Assembly (NCBI RefSeq): GCF_018350175.1
Contig: NC_058368.1
Span: 142,788,001-142,852,000 of the forward strand
Direction: 5' to 3'
Length of the DNA stretch: 64,000 bases
DNA from: Felis catus
Lineage: Eukaryota
This document shows, piece by piece, positions 38,678-54,540 of the stretch. The position numbers were made by a program, and so were the translations under genes. Numbering within the stretch: position 1 is the first letter of the stretch; each line of letters starts with the position of its first letter. Below the pieces are notes generated by a model. The model was not told the DNA's origin. It saw only the letters and a program-made list of their open reading frames with translations, and did no database searches.

Positions 38678-39390
38678 CTAGGGTAAGAACAGTGATCACC
38701 AGGTCTAATGAGCATCAGCTGAAACAAAAATAAATGGAGATTCCACGTATGCAATACAGACATTGCTGAGTTTTAAAAGACCAGTTCACAAAAAAGCTGC
38801 AACTACCATACCCACCCCTTTCCCCACAAAGGAGCCTGCCATATCACAGATGCACTCATGCCCCATCTCCCAGAGAGTGGTAACTGGGACACCTTTCCTC
38901 ATGACACAGAAAGATGTTAATATAGGAATTTATCTGGACTCCTGCCTCAGCTTCATAATGTTATGTGAGTAATTACATATTAGTACGGCTTAGTTTATCA
39001 TTACAAAGGGTTCAACGTTTAGAAATCTCAACCCCCAACTCCTTGCTTCCAAATCACAAGTCTTAAAAATATAGGCAACTGACAATTATTCATATGGTCT
39101 TTTTTGTGGGATAACCATTATCTCTAATGCTCCCCCATATTCTTCCCCATTTGGTCATATTATTCATCGTTAGAGCTGTGGGCTAAAACCAAATGAAATG
39201 AAACCCAACCCAAATAGTCTTGTTTATTTTTTATTCTGCTTATGCTTTATTCTGGTTACCATTTTGCCAAGGTCAGGTGAAAGAAGGAGGGAGAAAGTGT
39301 ACAGCAGAAGCCCAGAGAAGAGCAACAGCCTTCATACTTTATGCGTTCTCCTTGTTCCCCAATGTTGAGGGCTGATGGTGATGTGTTTTT

Positions 39391-39613
39391 TTTTTTTTTA
39401 ATTTTTTTTTCAACGTTTATTTATTTTTGGGATAGAGAGAGACAGAGCATGAACGGGCGAGGGGCAGAGAGAGAGGGAGACACAGAATCGGAAACAGGCT
39501 CCAGGCTCTGAGCCATCAGCCCAGAGCCTGACGTGGGGCTTGAACTCACAGACCGCGAGATCGTGACCTGGCTGAAGTCGGACGCTTAACCGACTGTGCC
39601 ACCCAGGCGCCCC
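39391..39613 (-). mobile_element. Young SINEC_Fc
   Basis: Near-consensus; TSD GGTGATGTGTTTTT. Confidence 0.92.
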
Positions 39614-40300
39614 GGTGATGTGTTTTTCAAGGACACCACCAGAACATGAGTAACATGTAATTGAACGAACGCCTGGGCACCAAATATCCTTTCTATGAAA
39701 GAGCACGGAGGTCTAGAGAAAGTTGGAAGTGAGCCTACAGCACCAATGGGGAACTGAAGAACATTAATTCATCTCTATTTCAAATACCTACTATGTGCAC
39801 GATTAGGTGCTATATGAAGAATTCCCTAGTGCACTCAGAGTCTAGAATGAAAGTCGAGAAGCTGCTACATGAAGACTTCCCTAATGCACTTAAAGAGTCT
39901 TAGTGGTAATGCCTTAAGACAGGTGCCTGATACATTTAAGATGGTCTCTAGGAGAGATTCTATCTATGGGAGACCACCTTGAATGTTCCTAGATAGAGTC
40001 AGCTGACCTGAATACTCTGTCAACCCTTCCAACTATTCTAACAGCTATCCTCCTCCAACTTTTTTATCCATCCTTCCCAGTAGTAAGTAGCTATGAGATT
40101 GGAACAACAACTGGAAATCTGGGAAATGACTCTCCCAGCATAGGAGTGAGTAGACTGTAAGAGTTGGACAGGACAAATATTCCTCCAAAGTTATACTGAC
40201 AAAAGTCAGTGTGTATGTGAGCATGCGCATGCACATGCATGTGCACAGGTTCATTTCTGGCAGCTTCTTTTGAATTTCAGAGACTTTCTCTTAAATTTTA

Positions 40301-40552
<252 letters not shown>

Positions 40553-41791
40553 TCATAAACATTGTGTTAAGTCTTGCTTGAATAACACATGTTGGTAACA
40601 TATGATTTCTCTGAAGACATGCTCTGTGTCTAGAATTACCAGAAAGTCCCCAGAGTGTCATTTCATATAATAACCTAATTTATTAAGCTGAGGAAACTGA
40701 GTCCCAGAGATGTCAAGTGATTCTCTTTAAACCACCCACTCATAAATTTGGGGGGTAATTTTTCACAGTACAGAAGGATCCTTCAATTTAAATAAGCTCT
40801 GCCATATAATTCTTTTAAAGAGTGACAGCCCTATTGCATTTAAACTAATGATTCAATCTTCAAAAATTAACTTAAACCCAAATTTTCTCTAATACCTATA
40901 CATGGAGGCACATTTGTGCTGCTAAAGGTTAATAATGTGCCTGCCACCAGACACCTAACTGCTTTGGCAATCACAAGGAAACGATAGAAACTCTAAAGAC
41001 TGGTTTCAATTTCTAAGTCTTGATGAGTTATTGGAACCCAGTCTTAGGGTTTGTTTATAGTTTATTGAGTAGTCCCTGGAGCTACATGAAATGATCATCT
41101 GGATTTACACAAAGCTAGCTACTAAGATACATCTTGGATTGGTGGATATCATTGGCATCGTTTTACAGCCAGAGTGAGGATCTCAGAGCAAGACATTTAT
41201 TAAACATTAATGTTCCAAATATTTTTGGAATACTAAAAACTACAGATTTTATAGTAGACTAAATCACAGCCTAAAGATTCATGTGAAGGATTGACTTGGC
41301 AGCTCAAAGACTTAGATCTAGCTGTGGGCCAGAGGGCACAGGCACGGCAAAGGAGGAAGATAACCCAGGGAGGCAGCTCACTGAAGTGCACTGAATGTGG
41401 GCATCAGAATCAAAAGGACTGGCTTAAGCAAGTTACTTTAACCCAAACTTCAGTTTCCTCACATGAAAATGGGAATAATATATACCTTGAAGATATGTCT
41501 ATTAAGAGGATTAACTGAGATAATGTCTAAAAAGAGTTCTGACACATTGATAATGCCTAATAATCAGGAGTTAATATTAGAACCAGTAAACCCTATGGAT
41601 GAATTACCTTTTGGAGGAGTGGGGACAGGGTCCCTCACTCCAAATAATTTCCTATAAAAGACACGAAGTTTATTGGAAAGAATACGGTTTGAGAATATGT
41701 TGTACTTTCAACTATTGGCAAAAGAAAAGCTCAGTGAAAGTTTAGATCAATATATAATTCATATAAAATTTTCTTATTAGCTGTGCACTTA

Positions 41792-41923
<132 letters not shown>

Positions 41924-42811
41924 CTACACAAAAGAATTTAAAATTAACTCAATATAAAATTAAAATCTTACATATCCTTTTAGCACAACATGGAAATAAA
42001 CAAGTGTCAGTGAAACGTATCTGAATCTTATCATTTATATCAATCGTGTGAACTATCTTTAAACCTAAACCCAAGATTAATTTTGGGTAATTATAATTAT
42101 TTGTCATCAAAATTACACTTCAGTCAATTTTGCAGTTCTCTATTGACAGGATTTAGCAAAGTCATAGAGTCCTTGGATGACAATTCATTCAACAAAAATT
42201 GTAATTAGAAAATCAGCTAGAATATTTATTCATGGTCTGTTGAAGAGCTATAGGATTCATACAGAAACCATTAGGTGGACTAAAATAACATACTGGGTTT
42301 TTTTGTTTTTGTTTTTTTGTTTTTGTTTTAAATGAGAGGAAAAATGGGGTGCCTAGATGGCTCAGTCAGATAAGCACCCAACTCTTGATTTCAATTCAGG
42401 TCACGATCTCAGGGTTGGTGAGTCTGAGCTCCACATCAGGCTCCGGGCTGACGGCATGGAACCTGCTTGGGATTCTCTGTCCCTCTCTCTGCCCCTCCCT
42501 CACTCACTCGCACACACAAACTCTCAAAATAAAATAAACTTTAAAATAAATAAATAAATAAACAAATAAATAAATAAATAAATAAATAAAATTTAAGAAT
42601 GAGGGTTCCCTGGGTGGCTCAGTTAAGCATTCAACTTCCACTCAGGTCATGATCTCACAGTTTGTGAGTTCAAGCCCTGCACTGGGCTCTCTGCTATCAG
42701 TGCAGAGCCCACTTCAAAAACTTTGTCCCCTCTCTCTCTGCTCCCCCCTCCCCTCAAAAATAAACAATAGAAACATTTTAGGAAATTTAAAAATGAGAGG
42801 ATGGAGAATTA

Positions 42812-43057
<246 letters not shown>

Positions 43058-43299
43058 TCATTTTCAGAAAATTACAGAGTATTTTAATAAACCCTATTGA
43101 TCTAGAAAATCCTATTTGGGAAAAGAAGTAACATCTAAAATTCTGTTCTCTGAATGATACATATATGGTAGAAGCTGAGTTTTTAAAGTTACTTTTCTAT
43201 TCCTTCGACCCATTTTGTAGTGAACGAAGTATTAATTAACTAGAAATTAAGATAGGACATGTGGGCTTTCAGGTCTGGAGGAAAGCATAGAAGTCTACC

Positions 43300-43550
43300 A
43301 GCCCTGAGGTTTTCAATCTTGGTTGAATATTAGAATCACCTGGGGAGCATTTAAAAAAATACCCATTTTCTGGACCTAATTAAATCAGAATAGAACGGGG
43401 TAGAGCTATCTTGTCCAGTGCTTCTCAAACACTCATGCAACTGTACATCACTTACAAATGTTAAAATGCAGGTTCTAATGTAGCAGGTCTGGGGTGGAGA
43501 CCTATATCCTGCATTCTAACAGTCTCCCAAGTGATGTTCATGTTGTTACA
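43300..43550. mobile_element. MER5-family fragments
   Basis: ttagaatcacctggggagc...; cagtgcttctcaaac...tgcattctaacagtctcccaagtgatg. Confidence 0.65.
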
Positions 43551-44726
43551 AGCAAGAACCTGGTCCAACATCTGCATTTTTTTAGAGAAAAGGTACAAGG
43601 TGACTTCCAGGGCCTTTGTCTTAGTAAATGCCAGAGCTTGGCCTGGAACAAAAGTCTACTGACTCATTCACGGTTCTTCCCACTCGGCAAAGTCAACTTC
43701 CAATGTGGTATTTTAACTGCAGAGCAGAATTCTGTCTGATAAATGAGTTTTCAGTTGTTTAATTATTCAAATAATGGAAGGAACAGGTCAAATCCAAAGA
43801 GCAAAGGTGAAGAACAGATTTGGCATTTATCCAAGTCGTTTAGGAAAAACCAAACCAGTATTTTGCCCCCAGATAATCTAGACTTTCTACTGAGCCCAAA
43901 TTCATTAATCAACAACTGGGCCTCTACTATACTTTGTACCATTTAGATCTAGTCTTAAAGTAGACATCAAAACCTGTTTAGTAAGCAAAATGACAAGTCC
44001 AAAAAAAAAAAAAAAAAAAAAAAGAGGTAACAATTTCTGGATTTGCTATTTGTTTTCTCTTGGTTTATGGATTCTCATGAGAAAAAAATATATAAGCATT
44101 ATTAACCCCAAATGACAACAATGGCTCAAAATCCAAGTATAACAATGGTAACAACACTAGAAGAATTCAGAGGATTGTTTCAGTGACATGCTTTATGCTT
44201 TAGCTTAACCTAAAATGCTAAGTAAATGATCCTTTCCCCTAATTTATCAATGGTACATATATTTTGCATGACTCAGTGCACACACACTAGAAAGCAGTTG
44301 CTGTGAACTATCTTTGATAAATAGAAAATCCATATTTCTAGACTATTTCCATACAAAGTGATTCGTCCAAGCATCCTAAAGCAGGACACATCTTTAGGAG
44401 CCACCTGAAGCCATGTGGGGATCAAGAGGGGATGGGGAAGGTTCCCCTGAGCTCCTGGAAAATGCCAAGTGGAGGCTTCACCTGAGCTGGCTGTACGACT
44501 CTGGAGGCCACATGGGTCCTAGAGATGTGAGCCAATGTCACGTGGGATAGACTAATGCCTCCATTGCCAGAAAATCATTTTTGTAGGAAAAGGCTCAATG
44601 CTCTTTGGAAAGGGTGGAGTGACTTCTTTGGGGGCGCAGGGGCAGCGCTTCTCCGACGTCCCTCCATTCAACTTCCAAAATCGCGTTCTACATTCAGAGC
44701 CACAGGCGGGTCATGCCATTCACCTA

Positions 44727-44945
<219 letters not shown>

Positions 44946-45246
44946 TCAGAAAGTAGAAAACATAGTTCTTAACATCCAGAAGCACATATATGTATGAAAT
45001 TTATGTAAAAGATGGTAACTAGCTTTCTTGGGGTGAACATTTCACAATGTTACCAAATGTCAAATCACAGGGCGCCTGGGTGGCTCGGTCAGTTAAGTGT
45101 CAGACTCTTGATCTTGGCTCAGTCATGATCTCAGGGTTCATGGGATCCAGCTGCCCTCGTGAGGCTCTGCACTGGCATCAGGGAGCCTGCTTAGGATTCT
45201 CTCTCTCCTCTGTCTCTTCTTCCCCTGCTCCCACAGGCAACCACGT

Positions 45247-45283
<37 letters not shown>

Positions 45284-45673
45284 ATAAATAAATTAATTTA
45301 AAAAAAACTCAAATCACTATGTTGTACACCTAAAACTAACATAATATCATATATGTGTACATATATAATCAACTATACTGCAATTTTTTTAAATTATGTA
45401 AAAAAAGCCAGACTGTCATTCATATAGCTATCCAAGGATAAAGTAAAAGTAAATTTAAAACTTAAAATCACTTGGAAAAAAAAAAAGGCAACTTAAAAAT
45501 CACTTGGAGCACCTGTGTGGCTCAGTCAGTTAAGCATCCGACTTCAGCTCAGGTCATGATTTTGTAGTCTGTGAGTTCGAGCCCTGTGCTGACAGCTCAG
45601 AGCCCGGAGCCTCGTTCAGATTCTGGGTCTCCCTCTTTCTCTGTCCTTCCTCAGCTCATGCTCTGTCTGTCTG

Positions 45674-45712
<39 letters not shown>

Positions 45713-45918
45713 GTCTCAAAAATAAACATTTAAAAAAATTTAAAAACTTGAAATCACGGAAGCACTCCACACATTAAATATACAAACTCATGTAAGATTC
45801 CTTCTTGTGTCTTAGAGGCATAATGCTTATTAGAATCCCTAAGTACTCCCACCACAAAGCACAGAATAACAAAGATCTAAAATCAATGGCGCTGCAGGTC
45901 AATTCTGTACACACTTTA

Positions 45919-46338
<420 letters not shown>

Positions 46339-49289
46339 TCAAGAGATGCATACCTGCAAAATAGCCTACAACTCTTAGCTAGAAAAGATGCTCACTTTAG
46401 GAAAATGGAGGAAAGGAAGAAAAGAGGAAGATGTGGTTATCTTAGCAGCCCTTCTGATCTAGAATTATCCTGACTGATGGGAACCTTGCAGGAGAAACTG
46501 TACACTGCCCAGTGACACATCTCTTCTCAGACTCAACTTAGTTCAGGTCCCCTTAGGCGATGACCTCTGTGCAAGGACCTTGAATCTTTATCTTAGAAGC
46601 ATTCAGAGGAAGAGGCACTCACCCAGGGGCTGTGGGGAGGAGAGAAAAGGAACACTGTCCCCTGTATTTTGCAACTAATGGGTCACTTGGTGATGAGGGT
46701 AGTCTTGCTGTCCATTTCTATATGATGATGCTTTAAAACCAAGAACATCACTGTGGCAAATCAGTTGCTATCAGATGAAGGATTCACAGTTTAACATTGG
46801 CCATGTGCAGTACTAACCATTCCCTTTTGCCTAGTGAAGGACTTTCCTATAGGTTTATCTGTGGTTTAAGTCAAGACAAGCTTCTGAGGAATGAGATGAG
46901 CAGAAAGTCATGTGGGGGATGACCAAGAAACGGAGCTACATGAGCAGACCTCAAAATGCAAGAAATTCCAGTATCCTGAATGACCACAAGTTAACAGCCA
47001 GACTCACGGTTCTAAGAGCTTGGGAGCACCTGAGCAAAGACTTTAAATGTTAACTATTTTCCCACAAGATACCAGTTTTGCCATGTAACAAAAATGAATG
47101 ACTAAATTTGTTACGAGGATATTTCTCAAGTAGAATAAAAAGGCGACAATTTATATACTTCTCCGAATAGTTAAAAAAAAAAAAAAAAAGACATTGGTCA
47201 TCCAAATCACCCACAAACAATCTCACTAAGTTTCAAGAAAGCAAGAAAAATTATTGAATGTATGCTTAAAATTCACTTAACCAGGCCCAATGTATGATAT
47301 ACAAAAGCTGTCATTTTTGAGATCTAGAGATACTGTTGATAAGACTTGAAATTGTGTAAAGTTTTATTGACATTTATTGAGTGCTTGCTATTTGCCAGGA
47401 ATTGTTTCCACCTAACATGTACCAGATGATTTATTCTTTAGCAATTTTATTTTACCACTGGGAAAGCCAGTCCCCACTTAGCAATTAAATAAGGTCACAC
47501 TGCAATAAAGGTCAGGATACAGACTCCATCAACTGACTTCAGCATACACTCTCTCTTACTGAACTTTACCTCTTCAACAGTTCCCAATTTTCAGCCAAGG
47601 TACACATGACAGACAGCGTTCACATCCTTGACAGGCTCTTGGGAATAGCCAGGACTGTGCTTGGTTTTCTGTGGCCTCACTGCTATGCCATCATGTTCTT
47701 TCCCTTTCAGTAGTGTATATGAGCTAACAAATGGGGCTGAGTGCTGTCAATTGGGGAGAATCCTGAATCAAGGATAATTTGTTTTCAAAAAGTGTTTACT
47801 TTACAAACTTCAGCTCTCTAACCATTAACAAGCTATGTGTCAAATGCCACACTACTGAGTGTTATGAAACATGCATTGAGAGCCCCTGGCTTAGTAGCTA
47901 AAAGCAAGCATAAAGTAAGAGAGCTCTGGGTATGATTTCATTTCTGCCAGTACTAGCTGTGTAGCCATGGGCAAGTTGTGTGACCACCCTGAGCTTTAGT
48001 CTTCTTTCATGCACACTTCCTTTATGGTTCTGGTGGAGAACATTGGCATGACATTGAAAGCACATAGTAGGCCAGCAATGCATGCTTGCTGTTAGGCCCC
48101 TATACAACCAGTAACAGAGTATGCCTATGCCCAATTGATAAGACTTTCATACCAAGTAATTTGTGTGGCATGGAAGTGGAAGGGAACTTAATAAGGAAAG
48201 GAGAGTTAGGTTCTTCTGTCGCTAACATTAATCTGTAGAACCCGCTTCTAAATGGCCCAGTGACTATGCTTTTTGAGTGTTTGTGTCTGCTTTTCAGGAT
48301 AACTCCGTTAAACTGTCAGATGTTATATCTTACAGCACTCTCCCCTCCTTAAGTTTCCTGTTTATAATGTGCTCTAAGCCAAGAAAACTAGATTCAATTC
48401 AATACAATCCATTAAACATGTTGGTTGACATGGTGTCACCTAGAAGCAAAAAACCTTTTGTTAGAATTGTGACAAAACAAAAGTAAAAGAGTTTTGACTG
48501 AGGGTGATCTGTGAGTAAGGTAAATGAGCACTGGCATATATGTACACAGTTTGCAAGTTCCCCAACTTCTCTGGACGGTTGTATCAGAATAACAGACACA
48601 TTGAAATGCAGATCCCTGGGCCTCTCCCCAGACCACTGATTCAGAACCTATAGGAGTAGTGTCTGGGAATCCATTTGCTTATAGTTTTCCAATTCAACAC
48701 AACTTCATGGGTTCTCCTGACAAATAGGAATTACACAGATACGATGTAAAGGAGGATGAAGCATACATAAGTGACTAATCACAAGGTTGAGATTCTTTTT
48801 TAACATGGGCATGTGATTCTCCTGCTCAGCCAGGTATGGAAACACTGGCCTCCAGAACCAGGGAATGGATCACTGATGCAAGCCAGCAGGGGCAGCCAAT
48901 GTAAGCATTCCATTTTACATAAGAAATATCTTAGCAAGATAGCAACAAGTCCTTTGTTCAGACCAAATCTGTCAGAGTGTGAGGCACTTTGCCTGCCCCC
49001 CACCTGTCGTCTTCCCTATCCATCTCCCGACATCTACAACCTGGGAAAATTACCCAGAACAATCAGAGCAGGAATGCAACATTAGCCCCATGCAAGTACA
49101 TACAATTTCTAGGTAATAAGTAACTGGTGTTCTAAAGAAATCAACTTCCTAATTTCCTTGGCAAGTAGTAACAGATGCTCCATTAACATATAAATATAAT
49201 AAGGCCAGGGATACTGTCTGCTTGTTCAGAGCATGGCTCATGGTCAATGATCCACATGTATTCATTGACTAAATAATTCTATGATTCAG

Positions 49290-49601
49290 CCAATTGCAGA
49301 ATCAAAAATAATAAAGACCTAGGAATGCATTTAGCAAAAGAAGTGCAAACTTGTACTCTAAAAACTACAAGTCATTGCTGAAAGAAATTTTAAAAGACTG
49401 AGCCTGGGTGGCTCAGTCAGTTGAGCATCGACTTCAGCTCAGGTCATGATTTCATGGTTAGTGAGTTTGAGCGCTGCACTGGGCTCTGTGCTGACAGCTC
49501 AGAGCCTGGAGCCTGCTTCAGATTGTGTCTCACTCTCTCTATTCCTCCCCTGCTCCTGCTCTGTCTCTCAAAATAAATAAAAACTTAAAAAAATTCAAAA
49601 A

Positions 49602-49636
<35 letters not shown>

Positions 49637-50039
49637 AAGATCTAAATAAATGGAAAGACATCCCATGTCCATGAATTGGACTTAATACTGTTATAACAAT
49701 ACTCTCCAAATTGATCTACAGATTTAATGCAATACCTATCAAAACCCTAGGTGGCTTCTTTGCAGAAATTGACAAACTGGTCCTAAAAATTGCATGAAAA
49801 TTTAAGGGACCCAAAGTAGCCAAAACAATCTTGAAAAAGAGCAAAAGTTCACACTTCCCAATTTCAGAACTTACTACAAACCCATAGTAATCTAAACAGT
49901 GTGGGGGTGCCTGGTGGCTTAGTCAGTTAAGCATCTGACCCTTGATTTCAGCTCAGGTGGTGATCTCATGGTTCGTGAGATAGAGCCCTGTATGGGGCTC
50001 TGTGCTGACAGTGCAGAGCCTGCTTGGGATTCTGTCCCT

Positions 50040-50078
<39 letters not shown>

Positions 50079-51395
50079 CCTCCCCCACTCACATGCATGC
50101 AAGTACTCTCTCTCTCTCAAAATAAACTCTAAAAAAAAAAAAAATGTGGTAATGGCAGAATTGGAAGTCCAGAAATAAACCCATACACATATGGTGAAAT
50201 GACTTTTGTCAAGGATGTTGTGGTATAATAAAAAATAAATATTTGGTCTTTGTCCCCAATTTTTGGCACAGAGCTCCTAAAACCTCTGGAATTTATAGTC
50301 TTTGTATGCTAATGAGATGACTCAAGGTGGAGTGAGTGATACCTGGGGGCTTAAATAGGGGCTGGTTCAAGAAGTTGAATCATAAATAGTCGATGATTTC
50401 ATCAATTATGCCTATGTAATTAAACCTCCATAAAAACCCCTAAATGACAGACTTCAAAGAGCTTTCAGGTTCTGAACGCACTGATGTGCTAGGAAGATGG
50501 TGTGTCAAAGAGGGCATGAAAACTCTCTGCCACACTCCTCCCCCTCACACCTCACCCTGTGCATCTCTTCCATTTGGCTGTTCCTCAGTTGTATACTTTA
50601 TAATAAATGGGTAAAAGGAAGTGTTTTCCTGATTTCTGTGAGCCATCCTAGTGAACTGTCAAGCCTGAAAAGGGGGTTGTAGGAACTCGCAAAGTTACAG
50701 CCAGTCAGAAGTATAGGTGATCCCTGGAGTTGCAACTGGTATCTGAAGTGGAGGCAGTTTTGTGGGACTGAGTCCTTAACCACTAACTCTGGAAGTTAAG
50801 ATCAGAATTCAATTGAATTGTTGGACACCCAGTTGGTGTCAGAGAATTAGAAAATTGAAAAATTGAATGTGGGTATCAGAAGTGGTATCAGAAAAAAGAT
50901 ATCACAGAAGCCAACATAATTCAATGAGCAAAGAACAGTCTTTTCAACAAACAGTGCTGGGACAACTGGCTATGCACAAAAGAATGAAGTTGGACCCCTA
51001 CCTCACATCATATACAAAAATTAACTCAAAATTGATCAAAGATTTAAATGAAAGAATTAAAACTATAAACTCTTAGAAGAAAACATAGGTATGAATCTTT
51101 ATGAATTTGGACTGGAAAATGGTTTTTTATATATGAACTACATGCTAAAAAAAAAAAAGAAAAAATATGCATTCTGGACTTCATCAAAATTAAAAACCTT
51201 CATGCTTCAATGGACACCATTAAAAAATTGAAAAGACAGCCCACAGAATGAAAGGAAAAAATTGCAAATCATGTATCTGATAAAGGTCTTATGTCTAGAA
51301 CATATAAAGAACTCCTACAACTCAACAGCAGAAAGACAAATAATCAATTTTTTTAATGGGCAAAGTATATGAATAAGCATTCCTCTAAAGAAGAT
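49290..51395 (+). mobile_element. Old L1 (L1M-type) ORF2 3' fragment, interrupted by two CanSINEs and the MER21 LTR
   Basis: L1 ORF2-like motifs: aaatggaaagacatcccatg, ttgatctacagatttaatgcaat, aagaatgaagttggacccctacctcac ([17 protein letters not shown]). Confidence 0.85.
50219..50906 (+). mobile_element. MER21-type LTR inserted into an L1 ORF2 fragment
   Basis: Begins TGTGGTATAAT...TTTGGTCTTTGTCCCC...GGCACAGAGCTCCTAAAACC, as recalled for the MER21 consensus, and ends in CA; L1 sequence resumes on both sides. Confidence 0.75.
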
Positions 51396-52766
51396 ATTCA
51401 AGTAATGTACACGAGAAACACTCCTACATACACATGCCTGCACACGGATGCTATTGGTGATTACCTAAACCCTCAGTTACTTTATACCTTACAGGTCCTC
51501 TGTCTCCATCTGGTTTTCTCCCTCTGGATGTCCCAAAGATATCAACTTAACACTTCAAACCCAACCTTTCAAAAATGAAACTCATAGTTTTCCTGATTCT
51601 CTGTCCCCATGGCCCCAGCATCCAACCAGGGGTCAAGTTAGAAAGTTAGCCATCGTTTGCTTTTTTTCTCTTCCTCAACACCTAATGCAATCAATCATCA
51701 AGTCTAAATAATTTTATCTCCTATCTCTCAGTCCCTGCTGCTGCTCCCTCAGTTCAGACCACAGCCCCTCTACTGTACTGGCAGAACAGCACCCCAAGCA
51801 GTCACACACCTCTGGCCGGACCTCACTGCCTTGTTTTTAGCTGTAGCCCAGTGCCTAGCAAAGAGACCTTGTACAGAGCTGGCAAACGTGAGATATTAGT
51901 TGAATACATGGCCAAATAAAATGGAGAAGAAAAATAGAATATTAGAAGCTGTGATATGATAGTAAAGTGGGCTTGACATTAATATTCAACAAATTAATGG
52001 GACATATATTAAGGATGAAGCATCAAATGGGTAACAGAATCGTAAATAGTAAGCAACCTGAGGAATCATAAAGAAACAAATTATGTTGGATAAACCTGAA
52101 TTATGGTGAAAAAGGCATCATATACGTTATTCATTTGATACTTGGTATTATGTTTGTCACACTGTGTTATGAAAACAGCCTTGTAAAATTGGGGCAAATT
52201 GACCAATATGAACATACACAGCATGAAAAGAGACAGGAATAATGGAAATGGCAGGAAATATGCGAAGAGAGGCTTCCAGGAAATCACTGCCCTTCTATGT
52301 GATCATCTTTAAAATCTATACAAGTGATTAAACCATTATAAAGTCAGGATTTTAAAAGTGAATTAAAAAAAATTTTTTTTAATGTTTATTTATTATTTTT
52401 AAGAGACACAGAGAGAGACAGAGCGAGCCAGGTTAGGGCAGAGAGAGAGGGAGACACAGAATCTGAAGCAGGCTCCAGGATCTGAGCTGTCAGCACAGAG
52501 CCCAACATGAGGCTCAAACCCACCAACTGAGAGATTGTGACCTGAGCTGAAGTCAGACGCTTAATTGACTGAGCCACCCAGGCACCCGAAGATTGAAATA
52601 TCTTATTCTTCATATCTCAATGGTCATTTAAGGAAGAAAACTCTCTGCCCGTCTCTCATTTTCCATTTTGGACTGAGATTACGAGACAAGACTTATCTAT
52701 AATACTTGACTCTATTAAAAAAGATACTTGACTCTATAATAAATGTTGAATTAAATGGAGATACTC

Positions 52767-52986
52767 AGGGTGCTTGGGTGGCTAAGTCAGTTGAACACCC
52801 AACTCTTGATTTCAGCTCAGATCATGGGATAGAACCTCGCATCAGGCTCCATGCTCGGCGTGAAGCCCGCTTGGGATTCTCTTTCTCTCTCCCTCTGTCC
52901 CTCTCCCTCACTTGTGCTCTCTCTCTTGAAAATTAAAATAAAATAAAATAAAATAAAATAAAATAAAATAAAATAAAATAAAAAAA
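52767..52986 (+). mobile_element. CanSINE abutting the exon 7 donor site
   Basis: SINE head gggtgcttgggtggct, (AAAAT)n tail; TSD GAGATACT. Confidence 0.85.
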
Positions 52987-52996
52987 GAGATACTTA

Positions 52997-53218
<222 letters not shown>

Positions 53219-54318
53219 TCAGGATGCCACAATTGCCCTGACAGGTATTCCAAAGTGACTTAAGTTTGAATCAGTTTACATTTAAAGATGGTCTTATGGA
53301 AGGTACTTCCTTTTTTTTTTTAAGTCTAAACTTAATATTCACTATCAACAGATAAGTACCCATCACATTTCTGACAATAATAATTTATTTTTGTTGAAAT
53401 AATAAAATCATGAAAGTTAATCCTCTTAATAATAAATATAAATCTAGGTATATCAACAGTTTTCAACATGTAAACCAATCATAATTTTAAAAAACAAACA
53501 ATAACTGGTTTGTCAAGAGAGAACTTTTATCTTTTAATTAACCCTAAAAGTCTGATCTATCCTCCCAGTTAAGGGCAAATGGGAGCTTGCAAAGTCATGT
53601 CAGAACACAGGGCATAAACAGAAAACTACTCCAGGCTCTAGAATAATGGATGCTAGATGCCTTTTAGCTCTCAGCACAGAAAGAATGGCATGGAGGCCTC
53701 CTCCCTCACGCCCGCTCCCATACGTAATTGAGAGCTAGATTCTTAGAAAAGAGTCAGGGTCTTGAAACACATTAATTTCCTCATTCGCAAAAGGTACTGT
53801 GATTGAAGGCAGGACCACAGATGAGCCTCTAAAAGAACTTCTCGGGGCGCCTGGGTGGCTCAGTCGGTTAAGCCACCGACTTCAGCTCAGGTCACAATCT
53901 CACAGTCCGTGAGTTCGAGCCCCGCGTCAGGCTCTGGGCTGATGGCTCAGAGCCTGGAGCCTGCTTCCGATTCTGTGTCTCCCTCTCTCTCTGCCCCTTC
54001 CCCGTTCATGCTCTGTCTCTCTCTGTCTCAAAAATAAATAAACGTTAAGAAAAAAAAAAAAGAAGGAAATCTTTCTAAAAATAATAATAATAAAAAATAA
54101 AAGAACTTCTCCACCAATACTGGTGACTTTCCCACACAGCAGTCAGCCAGCTTCTTGTTCCTCCTGTGAAAAGCATGTTGGGTCAGTTGCACGGAGGCCT
54201 GCAGACCACGAGGGTTGGACCAGGACATCTACGCACCCAGGGCCAGCTAACAATCTGGCTCTCCCTCCAACTTGGAATTTGGAAATTAAAATATTTGTTC
54301 AACATTTATTTGGAAGAT

Positions 54319-54540
54319 GGGGCGCCTGGGTGGCTCGGTCGGTTGAGCATCCGACTTCGGCTCAGGGCATGATCTCACGGTTTGTGAGTTCGAGCCCTGC
54401 ATCGGGCTCTGTGCTGACAGCTCAGAGACTGGAGCCTGCTTCGGATTCTGTGTTTCCCTCTCTCTCCGCCCCACCCCCTGCTTGTGCTCTGTCTCTCTGT
54501 CTTTCAAAAATGAATAAACATTAAAAAATTTTTTTAAAAA
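54319..54540 (+). mobile_element. CanSINE, representative of about 45 further copies not listed individually
   Basis: 17-bp TSD AACATTTATTTGGAAGA; the recurring ORF-track peptides MAQSVKRPTSAQVMIS... mark the other copies. Confidence 0.9.

Noticed and set aside
48883..48896. CCAGCAGGGGCAGC as a CTCF site
   Set aside because: One base short of the core spacing, so a poor match
52702..52737. 14-bp direct repeat ATACTTGACTCTAT, possibly a CRISPR-like or regulatory array
   Set aside because: Only two copies, consistent with a local slippage duplication; no array, and the context is eukaryotic
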